Sequence record: DRR378314_737
Length of the DNA stretch: 36,062 bases
Strand: one strand, 5' to 3'
Numbering within the stretch: the first letter of the stretch is position 1; each line of letters opens with the position of its first letter. Below are positions 17,599 through 27,916 of the stretch, piece after piece. The notes under the pieces were generated by a model. The model was not told the DNA's origin. It worked only from the letters and a program-made list of their open reading frames with translations, and did not search any database. Both the position numbers and the translations under genes were made by a program.

Positions 17599-17633
17599 CA
17601 CTCGGCGTTTCATCAGAAAAGCAAGGTTTTCGG

Positions 17634-17652
17634 CCGCCTCGCGACGGGGCGG
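17634..17652 (+). terminator. hairpin after tetR
   Basis: CCGCCTCG-cga-CGGGGCGG. Confidence 0.4.
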
Positions 17653-17664
17653 GGCAAATTCCTG

Positions 17665-17703
17665 TTGACAACACCAATCCCCCAAAACTATCCAAGCGGA
17701 TGA
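17665..17703 (+). promoter_or_regulatory. sigma70 -35 and overlapping putative TetR operator
   Basis: TTGACA at 17665-17670; aaaactATCCaagcGGATga palindrome at 17684-17703 covering the -10/start region. Confidence 0.6.
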
Positions 17704-17736
17704 AAAATTGCATCAAGCGCGACTTGGGAGGACATC

Positions 17737-20097
17737 ATGAAATCAAGCCTGTTTTTCGCATCTGTATCTTGCCTTGCATTGGTCGGCGCATTTCCCGCGC
17801 CAGCCATTGCCCAAGAGAGCGCAGCTAGTGGTGAGGATCAGACCAGCGTTCTGGAAACGGTCGTCGTCACTTCGACCAAGCGAGCTGAAAATCAGCAGGA
17901 TGTAGGACTTACGGTCCAGACGCTCAGTGGGAACGATATCCGTGATCTGGGTGTCGATAATCTCGAAGACGTCATGAACCTTGTTCCGGGTACGGGATTT
18001 CTGGACTCGGCTGGCGGCGGTATTCCGATTGTTGTCATCCGGGGGGTCGGCCTGCAGAACTTTCGTATCAATGATACGCCGACAACGGCGATTTATGTCG
18101 ATGAAATCTATCAGACATCAGTTGCACAGGCGGTCTCGACCCTGTTCGATGTGGAGCGTGTTGAAGTCCTGAAAGGTCCGCAAGGCGGGCTCTATGGGCG
18201 GAATGCTGTCGGTGGGGCAATCCAGATCATTTCAGCCAGGCCAGACTTTGATGGTTTTGGAGGCTCTGTCTCGGCGCGCTATGAGGAATATGAGCGTTTT
18301 GAGGGCGAGGCGGTCGTGACTGGTCCGCTATCGGACACATTGGCCTTCCGGCTCGGCGGCAAGGTCATCCAGTCGGGTGACGGCTATTTCCATAGCACGA
18401 CCGGCAATTTCGACCACGGAGCGGAGGATCGCTGGGCGGCGCGCGGCCTGCTGGAATGGCGACCGTCTTCGATAGCAAACGTGCTTTTCAAGCTCCATGG
18501 CGGCGGCGACCAGTCGGATCTACCGCTTGGTCATGCGACCGGCTTTTACCAGCCATTGGGGCTCAACCTCGGTGCTGTGACAGGCGTGACCGATACAGCC
18601 GATGGTGCGATCCTGAATGCGCAGGCGCCCACAGCCAGCATCAACAGTATCTGTACGACGGCCCTTTCGGGCGGCCGGGCTCCGGAATTGTGTGAGACGC
18701 TCAACGGGATGACCCCTGATGAGCTTGGTTTTTCCTCACGATATGACAGCGCGAGCCTGTCGCAACCGGTCCTCGACAATAGCTGGTGGGGTGCATCCGT
18801 TCAGGCGGATTTCACATTTGGCGCCTTCACCCTGACCTCGATCTCGGCCTATGACGATTTCGAACATGGTCGCTACATCGATCAGGACGCGATGCCAGAA
18901 ATCCATCAGGAGATCGATTATGGATCGGTTATCGAGGCTTGGTCCCAAGAGGTCCGTCTGAGCTATGATGATGGTGGTGTGCTCACATGGATCGTCGGCG
19001 CAAACTATGCCGAAGACGAGCTGACGGAAGACTCGGTTCTTTTGACCGAGACGGGAATTCTCAGAACGCAGCTCGGCGGGCTGACGCAGGCAGGCCAGCA
19101 ATATGTGCAGACCACCGACGCCTTTGCTGTCTATGGCCGTGCTGACTGGGACTTTGCCGAGCAATTGAGTCTGGTTGTGGAGGGGCGCTATACTGAAGAA
19201 GAGAAGGGCTTTGACGGCTCAACATTCCTGCCTCAAGTCGGCGCAACGCTCGCAAGTGCAGACGAGTCGACCACTTTCGATGCGTTGAGCGGCAAGATTG
19301 CCGTTGAATATACGCCGACCGAAAATGCTTTACTTTACATGTCCTATTCCGAAGGCTTTAAGTCCGGTGGCTACTTTGGCGGTTTTGCAACGTCAAATGC
19401 CCAGCTTCAGCCGTTCGACAATGAGACGATCACAGCTTACGAAGCAGGCTTCAAGACTGATTGGCCTGCACAAGCGTTTCGTCTTAACGGCTCTGTCTTC
19501 TTCTATGACCGGAAAGATGTCCAGGCGAATGGGCTCGATACATCCGGGATTGTCAGTATTGCGCGTTTGACCAACGTCGGTGATGTCGAGGCTTACGGAG
19601 CTGAACTGGAATCGGTCTGGGCGCCTACGCCTCAGCTAACTTTCCAGGGAGGTATCGCTTGGCTTGAGACCGAAATTGTCTCGTCCGACAAGACGACATC
19701 GAACATCTTCCGGAGTTCGACGACCGAATCCTTTATTGGAGCCCGGCTGGCGAACCAGCCTGAATTCTCTGCCAATCTCGTCTCGCGATATGAGCAGAGC
19801 CTGACACCAGCACTGCTCGGTTCGCTGCAGCTGGATATCACCTATCGCGGCGAGCAAGACTTGTCGCTGGTGACCAATCGCCTGGAGGCTCCGCTTCTGA
19901 CCGAGGATGCTTACACGCTGGTCAATTTGAAGGCTTCGGTCGGGCCGGATGATCGGCGCTGGTCGGTCTATGCCTATGCGAACAATCTGTTCGACGAGGT
20001 GTATCGCCAGAATGCTGCCGGATCTGCGCCTGCTGGTTTTGTTGAGATCTACGGGGCTCCTCAGGTCCTGGGTGTGGGCCTCGACTTTGAATTCTGA
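17737..20097 (+). CDS. TonB-dependent receptor
   Basis: Signal peptide, ETVVVTSTKR, ERVEVLKGPQGGLYGRNAVGGAI, C-terminal FEF. Confidence 0.95.
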   Translation: MKSSLFFASVSCLALVGAFPAPAIAQESAASGEDQTSVLETVVVTSTKRAENQQDVGLTVQTLSGNDIRDLGVDNLEDVMNLVPGTGFLDSAGGGIPIVVIRGVGLQNFRINDTPTTAIYVDEIYQTSVAQAVSTLFDVERVEVLKGPQGGLYGRNAVGGAIQIISARPDFDGFGGSVSARYEEYERFEGEAVVTGPLSDTLAFRLGGKVIQSGDGYFHSTTGNFDHGAEDRWAARGLLEWRPSSIANVLFKLHGGGDQSDLPLGHATGFYQPLGLNLGAVTGVTDTADGAILNAQAPTASINSICTTALSGGRAPELCETLNGMTPDELGFSSRYDSASLSQPVLDNSWWGASVQADFTFGAFTLTSISAYDDFEHGRYIDQDAMPEIHQEIDYGSVIEAWSQEVRLSYDDGGVLTWIVGANYAEDELTEDSVLLTETGILRTQLGGLTQAGQQYVQTTDAFAVYGRADWDFAEQLSLVVEGRYTEEEKGFDGSTFLPQVGATLASADESTTFDALSGKIAVEYTPTENALLYMSYSEGFKSGGYFGGFATSNAQLQPFDNETITAYEAGFKTDWPAQAFRLNGSVFFYDRKDVQANGLDTSGIVSIARLTNVGDVEAYGAELESVWAPTPQLTFQGGIAWLETEIVSSDKTTSNIFRSSTTESFIGARLANQPEFSANLVSRYEQSLTPALLGSLQLDITYRGEQDLSLVTNRLEAPLLTEDAYTLVNLKASVGPDDRRWSVYAYANNLFDEVYRQNAAGSAPAGFVEIYGAPQVLGVGLDFEF

Positions 20098-20131
20098 TTT
20101 GGCCGAAAGCACTAGTTCCCACCCTGATCTT

Positions 20132-20156
20132 CCGAGGCGGGCTCGACCTGCCTCGG
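20132..20156 (+). terminator. intercistronic hairpin after TBDR
   Basis: CCGAGGCGGG-ctcga-CCTGCCTCGG, no U-tract; may be a stabilising stem. Confidence 0.45.
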
Positions 20157-20185
20157 CATCTTGCTGAGAAGGTAAAAGCGACCGA

Positions 20186-22321
20186 ATGAAACTATCTGAA
20201 CAGGATACGAACCATGGCCGGCAAGGCATCGATGTCGAGCAGGTTCTGGGATGTCTGACCCTTGAGGAAAAGGTCGCCATGATGTCTGGGAGCGGCTTTT
20301 ACCGCATCTACAAGGAGGCCAAGAAATGGGGTGCGATGCCCTATCCGGCGGGAGGCTCGAATGAGCGGCTTGGTATTGAGGGCCTCAAGTTCTGTGACGG
20401 CCCGCGAGGTGTTATTGTCGGGCACTCAACCTGTTTTCCCTGCTCAATGGCAAGGGGGGCCACTTTTGACCGTGACTTAGAAGTTCGGATCGGCGAGGTC
20501 ATGGCTGTTGAGGCCAGAGCCCAGGGAGTGAATCTGCTCGGAAATGTATGCATCAATCTCCTTCGCCATCCAGCCTGGGGACGCGCACAAGAGACCTATG
20601 GAGAGGAAAGCTATCATCTTGGCGAAATGGGCGCGGCACTGAGCCGTGGCACCCAGCATCACAATGTCATTGCGACGGTCAAACACTACGCCCTGAACAG
20701 TCTTGAGAATACGCGGTTCGAGCTTGATGTGCGGGTTGATGACCGGCCCCTTTATGAGGTTTACCTGCCACATTTCCGTAAGGTGATCGAGGCAGGCTGC
20801 TTGTCAGTCATGAGCGCCTACAACAAAGTCAACGGTAATTACTGCGGACAGGACAAGCGCCTCCTCACTGATATTTTGCGCAGAGAGTGGGGCTTTGAGG
20901 GGTTTGTTCATTCTGACTGGGTACTTGGCGTCTACTCTCCCCATGGTGCCGCTGCTGGTCTCGATATCGAGAACCCAGAGCCGGCCTGGTTTGGAAAGCG
21001 GCTTCTCGATGCCATAAATAGCGGAGACATCAGTGAAGAAGTGCCCGATGTCGCTGTCCGCCGGATCCTCATGGCGCTGGACCAATTAGACCGGCAGCAA
21101 GATCCGCTTGATGCCTACCCACCCGATCTTGTGGCCTCACCGGCGCACACGGCAATCGCGCTCGAAGCTGCAGAAAAATCTGTAGTGTTGTTGAAGAATG
21201 AGAGTTTGCTTCCGCTCAGCCCGAGCCGCACCGCGAAGCTGGGTGTGTTCGGCCGACTGGCTGATCTGGAGAATACGGGCGACAGGGGCTCTTCGCGCGT
21301 CAGCCCACCTTACATCAGAACGCCGCTTGAGGGACTGCGTGATTATCTTGGTGCTGAACGTGTCACGCTAGGTGGTGACGAAGGTGATTTGGACGCTGCA
21401 ACGCGAGCTGCTGCAGCCTGTGACGCGGCAGTCGTGGTTGTCGGCTACACGGCACTTGAGGAGGGCGAATACATTCCGAGCGACATTAATCTCGGACAAG
21501 AGGAACTGCCTGACACGCTCCGCGCGATTCTGGATGGCGCCAAGCAAGGCGGACAGGGCAAAGCGATTGGCGGTGACCGTGCATCGCTGGATCTGCCGGA
21601 TGACCAGGTTGCTCTGATTCGAGCTGTCGTCTCCGCCAATCCAGCGACAATCGTTGTTATCGTTGCAGGCTCCGCTGTCATGGTGGAAAGCTGGCACGAG
21701 GCAGCTCCTGCCATACTCCAAACTTTCTATGCGGGTATGGAGGGCGGAACTGCGCTTGCCCGGCTCGTGTTTGGTGAGACGAGCCCCTCGGGCCGGCTTC
21801 CGTTCACCGTCGCAAGGAATGCGAATGACTATCCCGCCTTTGACCGGACCGCGAAAGAAATCGAGTATGATTACTGGCACGGCTATCAGAAATTCGAGCG
21901 AGAGCGGCACACGCCCCGCTATGCCTTTGGCCACGGGCTTAGCTATAGCCGCTTTGCCTATTCAGACCTCACGGCCCGGCGTCTTGAGGATGGCGGGCTG
22001 GAGGCTCGGCTGACCGTCGAGAATACAGGTGATTGTGCAGCCATTGACACGCCGCAGCTCTATATTGGCTGGCCGGGGCGCACGGTTGAGCGGCCAGGAA
22101 AAAGTCTGAGGGGTTTTGAGCGGGTTCATCTTGCACCCGGCGAGCGCTCAGAGGTCTGTTTCCGCATCGCTCCACGTGACCTTGCCTGGTTCGATCCGAT
22201 CGCTCACAGCTGGAAGATCGAAGCTGGTCCGCATCGGCTGATCGCGGCAACATCTGCAGCCGACGCGGACGGGCTGGAAGTCACATTGAATATTGCACAA
22301 GAGGAAGACCTTGGTGTCTAG
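20186..22321 (+). CDS. GH3 beta-glucosidase, no signal peptide
   Basis: DGPRG, WGRAQETYGE, KHY, SDW nucleophile, PSGRLPFT, FGHGLSY, C-terminal Fn3-like domain. Confidence 0.95.
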   Translation: MKLSEQDTNHGRQGIDVEQVLGCLTLEEKVAMMSGSGFYRIYKEAKKWGAMPYPAGGSNERLGIEGLKFCDGPRGVIVGHSTCFPCSMARGATFDRDLEVRIGEVMAVEARAQGVNLLGNVCINLLRHPAWGRAQETYGEESYHLGEMGAALSRGTQHHNVIATVKHYALNSLENTRFELDVRVDDRPLYEVYLPHFRKVIEAGCLSVMSAYNKVNGNYCGQDKRLLTDILRREWGFEGFVHSDWVLGVYSPHGAAAGLDIENPEPAWFGKRLLDAINSGDISEEVPDVAVRRILMALDQLDRQQDPLDAYPPDLVASPAHTAIALEAAEKSVVLLKNESLLPLSPSRTAKLGVFGRLADLENTGDRGSSRVSPPYIRTPLEGLRDYLGAERVTLGGDEGDLDAATRAAAACDAAVVVVGYTALEEGEYIPSDINLGQEELPDTLRAILDGAKQGGQGKAIGGDRASLDLPDDQVALIRAVVSANPATIVVIVAGSAVMVESWHEAAPAILQTFYAGMEGGTALARLVFGETSPSGRLPFTVARNANDYPAFDRTAKEIEYDYWHGYQKFERERHTPRYAFGHGLSYSRFAYSDLTARRLEDGGLEARLTVENTGDCAAIDTPQLYIGWPGRTVERPGKSLRGFERVHLAPGERSEVCFRIAPRDLAWFDPIAHSWKIEAGPHRLIAATSAADADGLEVTLNIAQEEDLGV

Positions 22322-24029
22322 AAGCATGCTGGCCTCGATTGGCCTACTCTGTCTTTCCGCCTGCGGCGGCGGATACACCTATGTCCCGCCCGCGCCGCTG
22401 CTTGTGGATGAGGGGACCTTCGTCGAAACAGAGCTTGGACCCGTGATTGGTGGGCGTGAAGAGAACGGTGCCAAGGCCTGGCTCGGCTTGCCCTACGCGG
22501 CACCGCCGATCGGTAAACGACGTTGGCGAGCACCAATGCGCGCAATGGCCTGGACAACGCCTCGCCACACCCTCAATCACCCAGACTGGTGCCCTCAAAT
22601 GACCAACGGGCTGGACGGACTTTTTGGTCTGGAGTCCGGTGAGATACGCGGCGACGAAGACTGTCTTTACCTGGACATCTATGCACCTTCAGGCGCGACG
22701 ATCGAGAGCGAACTGCCTGTCATGGTCTGGGTGCATGGCGGCTCAAATGTTTGGGGCCGCGCCGAGCAATACGATGGATCGCGCTTGGCTGAACAGGAAG
22801 ACGTAATCGTGATCGTCATTCAGTACAGGCTCGGGCCGCTGGGTTGGTTTTCCCATCCTTCGCTCCGCGCGGAAGGTCAGCCTGCCAACTTTGCCTTGCT
22901 GGACATCATTGCGGCTCTTGGCTGGGTAAATGAGAACATCGCAGCCTTTGGTGGCGACCCTGACAAAGTCAGCCTGTTTGGCGAGAGCGCGGGCGCGCAT
23001 AACATTCTGGCTCTTTTGGCCATGCCAGAGGCTGACGGCTTGTACCGCGCTGCGATCGCTCAGAGCGGTCTGCCACTGAGCCTGCCGCGCGAAGCCTCAG
23101 AGGAGGGTGATGGGGCACGAATATTGGGAGCGATCTCTGCTGCTGAGGCATTTACGGGCAGGTCGGATGCGTCACCAGACCAGTTGCGTTCGGTTCCATT
23201 CGGGCAAATTGTAGGGGCCTACGCCGACAGGCAGCCGGCAACTGTTATCCAGGATGGTTTGACCCTGCCGGATCTGCCGCTGGATGAAGCGATTGCCGCG
23301 CATCAGGCAGGCCATGACATCCCGATCATTCTCGGTTCCAACCGGGATGAGGCGAAGTACCTTCTCGCTTTTGATACTAGCTTCACCAAGCTCGCCTTCG
23401 GAATATTTCCTCAATCGAAGGACAAGGACCACTATAATTCTGTAGACAATGCGATGAGCTCGATGTGGCGCCTGGTCGGTGTAGACCGTTTTGCGAGAAC
23501 GCTTGCGGCGTCGAACACCGGGCCGGTTTATACATACCGCTTCGACTGGGACGAGCAGGGGAAAGTTGGTTTGTCTGATATGTCAGATCTGATCGGCGCA
23601 GCCCACAGCCTTGAGATACCATTTGTGTTCGGACGATTTAATTCCTTCATGGGGCGTCTCGACGAGCGTATGTTCAATAAGTCCAATCAACCGGGCCGCA
23701 CAGTATTGTCAGACGCAATGATGTCGTATTGGGGCGCGATTGCGCGCTCAGGTGCTCCCGACAAGGGGGAAGAAATCCAACGGCCTGTCTGGCAGCCAGT
23801 GGATGAGGGCGGCAGCCCCACGCTCATTTTTGATACAGAGGACGGAGGAGGTATCCGTCTTGCGGAAGAGCCACTGGTTCTGGAGTCGCTTTTGCGGCAG
23901 ATAGAAATGGACGAGGCGCTGACGCAAGATTACCGGAGGTGCCGTGTTGCTCAGCAGATCGAGCAGTTCTTTGGACGGGACGAGCCAGTTCTGGCCAGCT
24001 TTGCCCAGCAGGCGTGTATGACAGAGTGA
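22311..24029 (+). CDS. type-B carboxylesterase, predicted lipoprotein
   Basis: Lipobox LSAC; EDCLYLDIYAP, WVHGG, FGESAG, GAAHSLEI; exact start uncertain (22311-22326). Confidence 0.92.
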   Translation: MVSRSMLASIGLLCLSACGGGYTYVPPAPLLVDEGTFVETELGPVIGGREENGAKAWLGLPYAAPPIGKRRWRAPMRAMAWTTPRHTLNHPDWCPQMTNGLDGLFGLESGEIRGDEDCLYLDIYAPSGATIESELPVMVWVHGGSNVWGRAEQYDGSRLAEQEDVIVIVIQYRLGPLGWFSHPSLRAEGQPANFALLDIIAALGWVNENIAAFGGDPDKVSLFGESAGAHNILALLAMPEADGLYRAAIAQSGLPLSLPREASEEGDGARILGAISAAEAFTGRSDASPDQLRSVPFGQIVGAYADRQPATVIQDGLTLPDLPLDEAIAAHQAGHDIPIILGSNRDEAKYLLAFDTSFTKLAFGIFPQSKDKDHYNSVDNAMSSMWRLVGVDRFARTLAASNTGPVYTYRFDWDEQGKVGLSDMSDLIGAAHSLEIPFVFGRFNSFMGRLDERMFNKSNQPGRTVLSDAMMSYWGAIARSGAPDKGEEIQRPVWQPVDEGGSPTLIFDTEDGGGIRLAEEPLVLESLLRQIEMDEALTQDYRRCRVAQQIEQFFGRDEPVLASFAQQACMTE

Positions 24030-24089
24030 CGTCGACATCTGATGATCGCGATTGGCGTGAGTAGGTGGAGATGACGGGTGGCTTCAGCG

Positions 24090-24217
24090 ACCTTTACGCT
24101 CTAGCACCGCGATGATCGCTCGTGAAAAGCATGATCGTATTGTCAGCAAGCTCATTGGTGTCCTTCCGTCCAGGAAGTGCACCTAATTACTTCTCTTCGC
24201 AGGATTATAGACACTCT
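24090..24217 (-). mobile_element. possible decayed IS256-family left-end remnant
   Basis: Reverse strand starts GAGTGTCTATAATCCTGCG (IS256-like terminus by recollection), then GGAAGGACACCA-ATG and a short broken ORF. Confidence 0.3.
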
Positions 24218-24430
24218 GGGCCGCGATTATTGCCTCGTGTTTCGGAGGTCTATCCGGCGAAGGCGTCGAGAAGGGCCAGCGTCGCGACTGGATCACTCAA
24301 AGTGCCGGTCCGAGCGCCATATGCCGAAAGATGACAAGAAGAAAATTGGGTTGGCGAGCGGTGGCCGTATCGGTCCGCTCGATATGGCAGATGCCAAGCA
24401 GGACCGAGGCGAGGAACCTGTTTAAGGCTT

Positions 24431-25792
24431 TCATTTCTGCGTCTTTCCCTCAAGCTCGCGAACGATCGCTGCATGGCGCTCGGCAGACAGTGGATAGAAG
24501 CGGACGATTAGTGTGGCGAGAGCTGCACCGAGCGCCGGCAGCAGAAAGCTGATAGTTCGAAGGCCGTGCAGCGTGTCGTCGGACTGATCCAGATTGGCGG
24601 CGTAGCCAATGGCCGACAAAAGCAGACCGACCGCGCCGATGCCGAGCCCGGAAGATGCTTTCTGGGAGAACTGGAACAAGCCGAACACGATGCCTTCATC
24701 ACGAACTCCGGTCTTCCACTGGCCATACTCGACCGTGTCGGGGAGCATGGACCAGAAGGCAACGATGCACGCTGAGGTGCCGATGCCCGACAGCATGGTG
24801 AGCGCATAGAATGCTAATTTTCCGTCCGGTCCGGTGAGGTAGAGGAGGAGATAGGCAATCGTGTTGATGGCGAGACCGCAAAACAGCGTGAAGGCCTTCG
24901 AGCGCAGGCGTGCCAACTGGGTCCAGGCGAGGATCGCCGCAGCTGCTGCTAGGGTGTAGAGCGTCAGCGCTTCGCGTACAGCGCCCGGTTCGCCGATGAC
25001 ATAGCGCGCATAGTAGACGATCGATTTGGTGAAGACCGTCGAAGCGATCGTGTTGGTGACCACGACTGCAAACAGGATCCAGAAGGCGGTATTGGCTTTC
25101 AGGACGTTCAACGTCGCCCCAAGGTCCGGAGTTTCTGCGTCAATCTCGACGTGTTCCCGAACCGAAGCAAAGGCTATCAGAAGCACGACTTCTGCAACAA
25201 GAGCATAGAGGATTGCCGTCAGCATATAGCCAAGGGCGAGGTCTTCGCCGCCAAGACTCCCCGCCAGCAGCGGGGTGAGGAAGGCAGTGACAATCGCACC
25301 GAGGGTCGCAAACTGCATGCGCGCGCCGGCAAGGGACGCGCGTGTTCGGCCGCTAGTCGTCATCGCAGCAGAAAGGGCTGCAATAGGGACGCCGACAATT
25401 GTGTAGATCGTACGAAACAGAAGGTGCGTCACAAGGCATGCCAGGGCCGCATGAGCGGGCCAGAAGACCGGGGCTGCGAACATCAGTACAAAGCTTGCAC
25501 CGAGCAGGGGGCTGGCAAACAGGATGTAGGGCCGGTAGCGCCCGAAACGCGTGTTCGTACGCGACGCGATCAGGCCCATCAGCGGGTCGGTAACCGCGTC
25601 CCACAGCAGCGAAACCATGAAGATGCCGCCCGCCAGTGCCGGGTTTAGGCCTGCCACATCTGTGTAGTAGAAGAGCAGGTAAAGATTGAGGCCCGTATAG
25701 AAGAGGTTCAGCCCAAAATCACCGGCCCCATAGCCTATGATCGCGCGGCGGCTGATTTGTCCTTCTTGGCTTGCCGAACGCTTCAATCCCAT
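24431..25792 (-). CDS. glycoside-pentoside-hexuronide (GPH/MelB-like) cation symporter
   Basis: GYGAGDFG, YYTDVAGL, WDAVTDPLMG, TRFGRYRPY, MLPDTVEYGQWKTGVRDEG. Confidence 0.93.
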   Translation of the reverse strand: MGLKRSASQEGQISRRAIIGYGAGDFGLNLFYTGLNLYLLFYYTDVAGLNPALAGGIFMVSLLWDAVTDPLMGLIASRTNTRFGRYRPYILFASPLLGASFVLMFAAPVFWPAHAALACLVTHLLFRTIYTIVGVPIAALSAAMTTSGRTRASLAGARMQFATLGAIVTAFLTPLLAGSLGGEDLALGYMLTAILYALVAEVVLLIAFASVREHVEIDAETPDLGATLNVLKANTAFWILFAVVVTNTIASTVFTKSIVYYARYVIGEPGAVREALTLYTLAAAAAILAWTQLARLRSKAFTLFCGLAINTIAYLLLYLTGPDGKLAFYALTMLSGIGTSACIVAFWSMLPDTVEYGQWKTGVRDEGIVFGLFQFSQKASSGLGIGAVGLLLSAIGYAANLDQSDDTLHGLRTISFLLPALGAALATLIVRFYPLSAERHAAIVRELEGKTQK

Positions 25793-25828
25793 TGCCTCCT
25801 ATGCTTTGGCAAGTATTAGCGCACAAAA

Positions 25829-25848
25829 TCATCCGCGTGAATGGTTTT
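25829..25848 (-). promoter_or_regulatory. putative TetR operator upstream of GPH symporter
   Basis: Reverse strand aaaaccattcacgcggatga, 17/20 to 17684-17703. Confidence 0.6.
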
Positions 25849-26151
25849 TTGATAGCAGATGTCATGGCGGGTCATTGTGATAATTGGCGCGCGCAAGATG
25901 GTTTGCGGAGAGGGTGGTCGGTAGCCCAAAGAAAAGTGAGGGGCGCGGTGCTGCAGTGCCCCCGCCAGGTATTGATCAGGACTTGGGCATTCTGAAAATT
26001 TGGGCATGACGCGCAAGCAAGCTCTCCCATGGTTGAGAATGACAAAGTACGAAATCTGTTTGCAGAGCTGACGGCCTGCCAAAAGCAAACTGATAGCGAT
26101 GCACCCACCGTAGTGTCCTTGGCGAGTGGCCTGCATGGATTTTTCGCGAGG

Positions 26152-26195
26152 TCGTTACAGTTGTTTCAAGGCAGCTTCACGAATCCGTCGCGTTT
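26152..26195 (+). promoter_or_regulatory. degenerate tandem Pho-box-like array upstream of ECF sigma
   Basis: 11-bp period: tcGTTAC-agtt, gtTTCAA-ggca, gcTTCAC-gaat, ccGTCGC vs CTGTCAY. Confidence 0.4.
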
Positions 26196-26233
26196 CTACT
26201 TCAATAGCGCAGGCAACGACCTGAAGGCGCAAC

Positions 26234-26839
26234 ATGCAGGCAAAACCATCCTCTCCGGACGACACCGTCCCACCCGGTACTTTTACTGAAATAGTCAACG
26301 CATCTGCGTCGGGTAGCGAGCGAGACGAAGCGGCGGATCGGACGCGTTTCCTGAATAACCTGTTTCGTAACCACTACAGCGAATTGGTTGGCCGCCTCAG
26401 GAAGATCCATGGTGCCGGGCCACCTGAACCAGAAGATGTGGCGCAAGCTGCATTTTCAAAACTCGCTGAGCTCACGGACCTCAGCCGAATCCGGTCACCC
26501 CGAGCCTTCTTGTTCAAGACGGCGATCAATCTGGGATTAAACTCAAACGACAAGCTACGGCGTGGGCGAAACTTCGTCAAAACCCAGATTAATGGAAATT
26601 TTTCTCCCGAGGTGGAAGAAATCTCTCCCGAAACTGTCTTAATGGGAAAGCAGGATCTCGAACGGGTCGCGTACGCTATGCGGCTGCTGTCGCCGAAGCA
26701 GAAAGAAATCCTGTTGCGAAGCCGGTTCAAAGGGCAGACCTATGCGGAGATCAAGAAGGATACCGGCTGGAGCGAGGCGGATATTTCCCGCCAGCTCAGC
26801 AGCGTCATGGCACTGCTGCAAGCCGAACTGGACGGGTAG
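26234..26839 (+). CDS. ECF sigma factor, FecI-like
   Basis: EDVAQAAF, SPRAFLFKTAINL region 2; LSPKQKEILLRSRFKGQTYAEI region 4; followed by fecR. Confidence 0.9.
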   Translation: MQAKPSSPDDTVPPGTFTEIVNASASGSERDEAADRTRFLNNLFRNHYSELVGRLRKIHGAGPPEPEDVAQAAFSKLAELTDLSRIRSPRAFLFKTAINLGLNSNDKLRRGRNFVKTQINGNFSPEVEEISPETVLMGKQDLERVAYAMRLLSPKQKEILLRSRFKGQTYAEIKKDTGWSEADISRQLSSVMALLQAELDG

Positions 26840-26848
26840 CGCTGCGCA

Positions 26849-27847
26849 ATGAAAAAGCCCGTGAAGCCTGACTCTTCCTTAAAATCTGTTTCGGGATCGG
26901 CATTGGACGCTGAAGCCCATGCATGGGTATTGTACTTTGCTTCCGGAGAAAATGCGCCGGAAAAGCAAAAGCTCTTTGCTGATTGGCTCGCCGGAAATCC
27001 GGATCGTCGCGTCGCGTTCGAGCGGGCAGGCCAGTTGTGGGATGCGATGGCCGATGTCGAAGATGTCGAGAACATCCTGACGGATCAGAACAACATTGAG
27101 ACGTTTCAGCCGCGCCGGAGGATGTCGCGACGGTTATTGTTGGGCGGAGGCCTCGCTGCGAGCCTGGTTTGTGCTGTCGGCATTGGCTCGCTCACGCTAC
27201 AGCAAGTTCCTCCGGAAATGATCGAGCTTTCCACACCAATTGGCGAGATTAAGACCTTCACCTTGTCTGATGGTAGCGAGATCACGCTGGGTGGTGCCAG
27301 CCAGGTTCGAGGCGAGTTCTCAGCGAAGACGAGAAACCTCCAGCTCGTCGGAGGCAATGCCTACTTCGATATTACGCGCAGCAAAGACCGTCCTTTGACC
27401 GTCGATACGGGAAGTGTGCGAGTTCAAGTTCTCGGCACCCGGTTCAGTATAAAGAAGAGAACGGAACAGGTGGCTGTTTCTGTCGACAGCGGGCACGTCC
27501 GCGTGATGACTGATATGGCCGCGCGTGATCTGCGGGCTGGCGACCGGATTGTCTCCTCAGCCGCTTTGCGTCTTGGGCCGGTCGAGCCATTCGATGCTGA
27601 GCGGGAACTTTCTTGGCGATCCGGACGGCTCACATTTGTAGATGCGCCGCTTTATGAGATCGTCGCGGATATAAACCAATACAGCGGTCGTCCGGTCAGG
27701 CTCGCGCCCAGCGCGCCTGCGGACATGCGGCTTACCCTGTCTTTCTCTGTTAAACAGATTGATCAGGTCTTGGCCGGTCTGGATGCAGCTTACCCGATAG
27801 AGGTACGCGAAAACGATACGGAAATCGTGATTTCGCAAGGACGCTGA
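26849..27847 (+). CDS. FecR-family anti-sigma/sensor
   Basis: EAHAWV..FADWL N-domain, one TM helix, LSDGSEITL, GNAYFDI, VQVLGTRF, WRSGRLTF. Confidence 0.93.
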   Translation: MKKPVKPDSSLKSVSGSALDAEAHAWVLYFASGENAPEKQKLFADWLAGNPDRRVAFERAGQLWDAMADVEDVENILTDQNNIETFQPRRRMSRRLLLGGGLAASLVCAVGIGSLTLQQVPPEMIELSTPIGEIKTFTLSDGSEITLGGASQVRGEFSAKTRNLQLVGGNAYFDITRSKDRPLTVDTGSVRVQVLGTRFSIKKRTEQVAVSVDSGHVRVMTDMAARDLRAGDRIVSSAALRLGPVEPFDAERELSWRSGRLTFVDAPLYEIVADINQYSGRPVRLAPSAPADMRLTLSFSVKQIDQVLAGLDAAYPIEVRENDTEIVISQGR

Positions 27848-27889
27848 TAGCGCCTCCGGTGAACCTTTTATGAAGTTCGTAAAATCGCT

Positions 27890-27916
27890 GAAAGTCCTGG
27901 CGACCTGATCTGTCTT
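27890..27916 (+). promoter_or_regulatory. FecI-type ECF promoter
   Basis: GAAAGT-N15-TGTCTT vs E. coli FecI consensus GAAAAT-N15-TGTCCT. Confidence 0.6.

Noticed and set aside
25816-26136. Short ORFs between GPH symporter and ECF sigma
   Set aside because: Mutually overlapping, no family signal; region better explained as divergent promoter DNA
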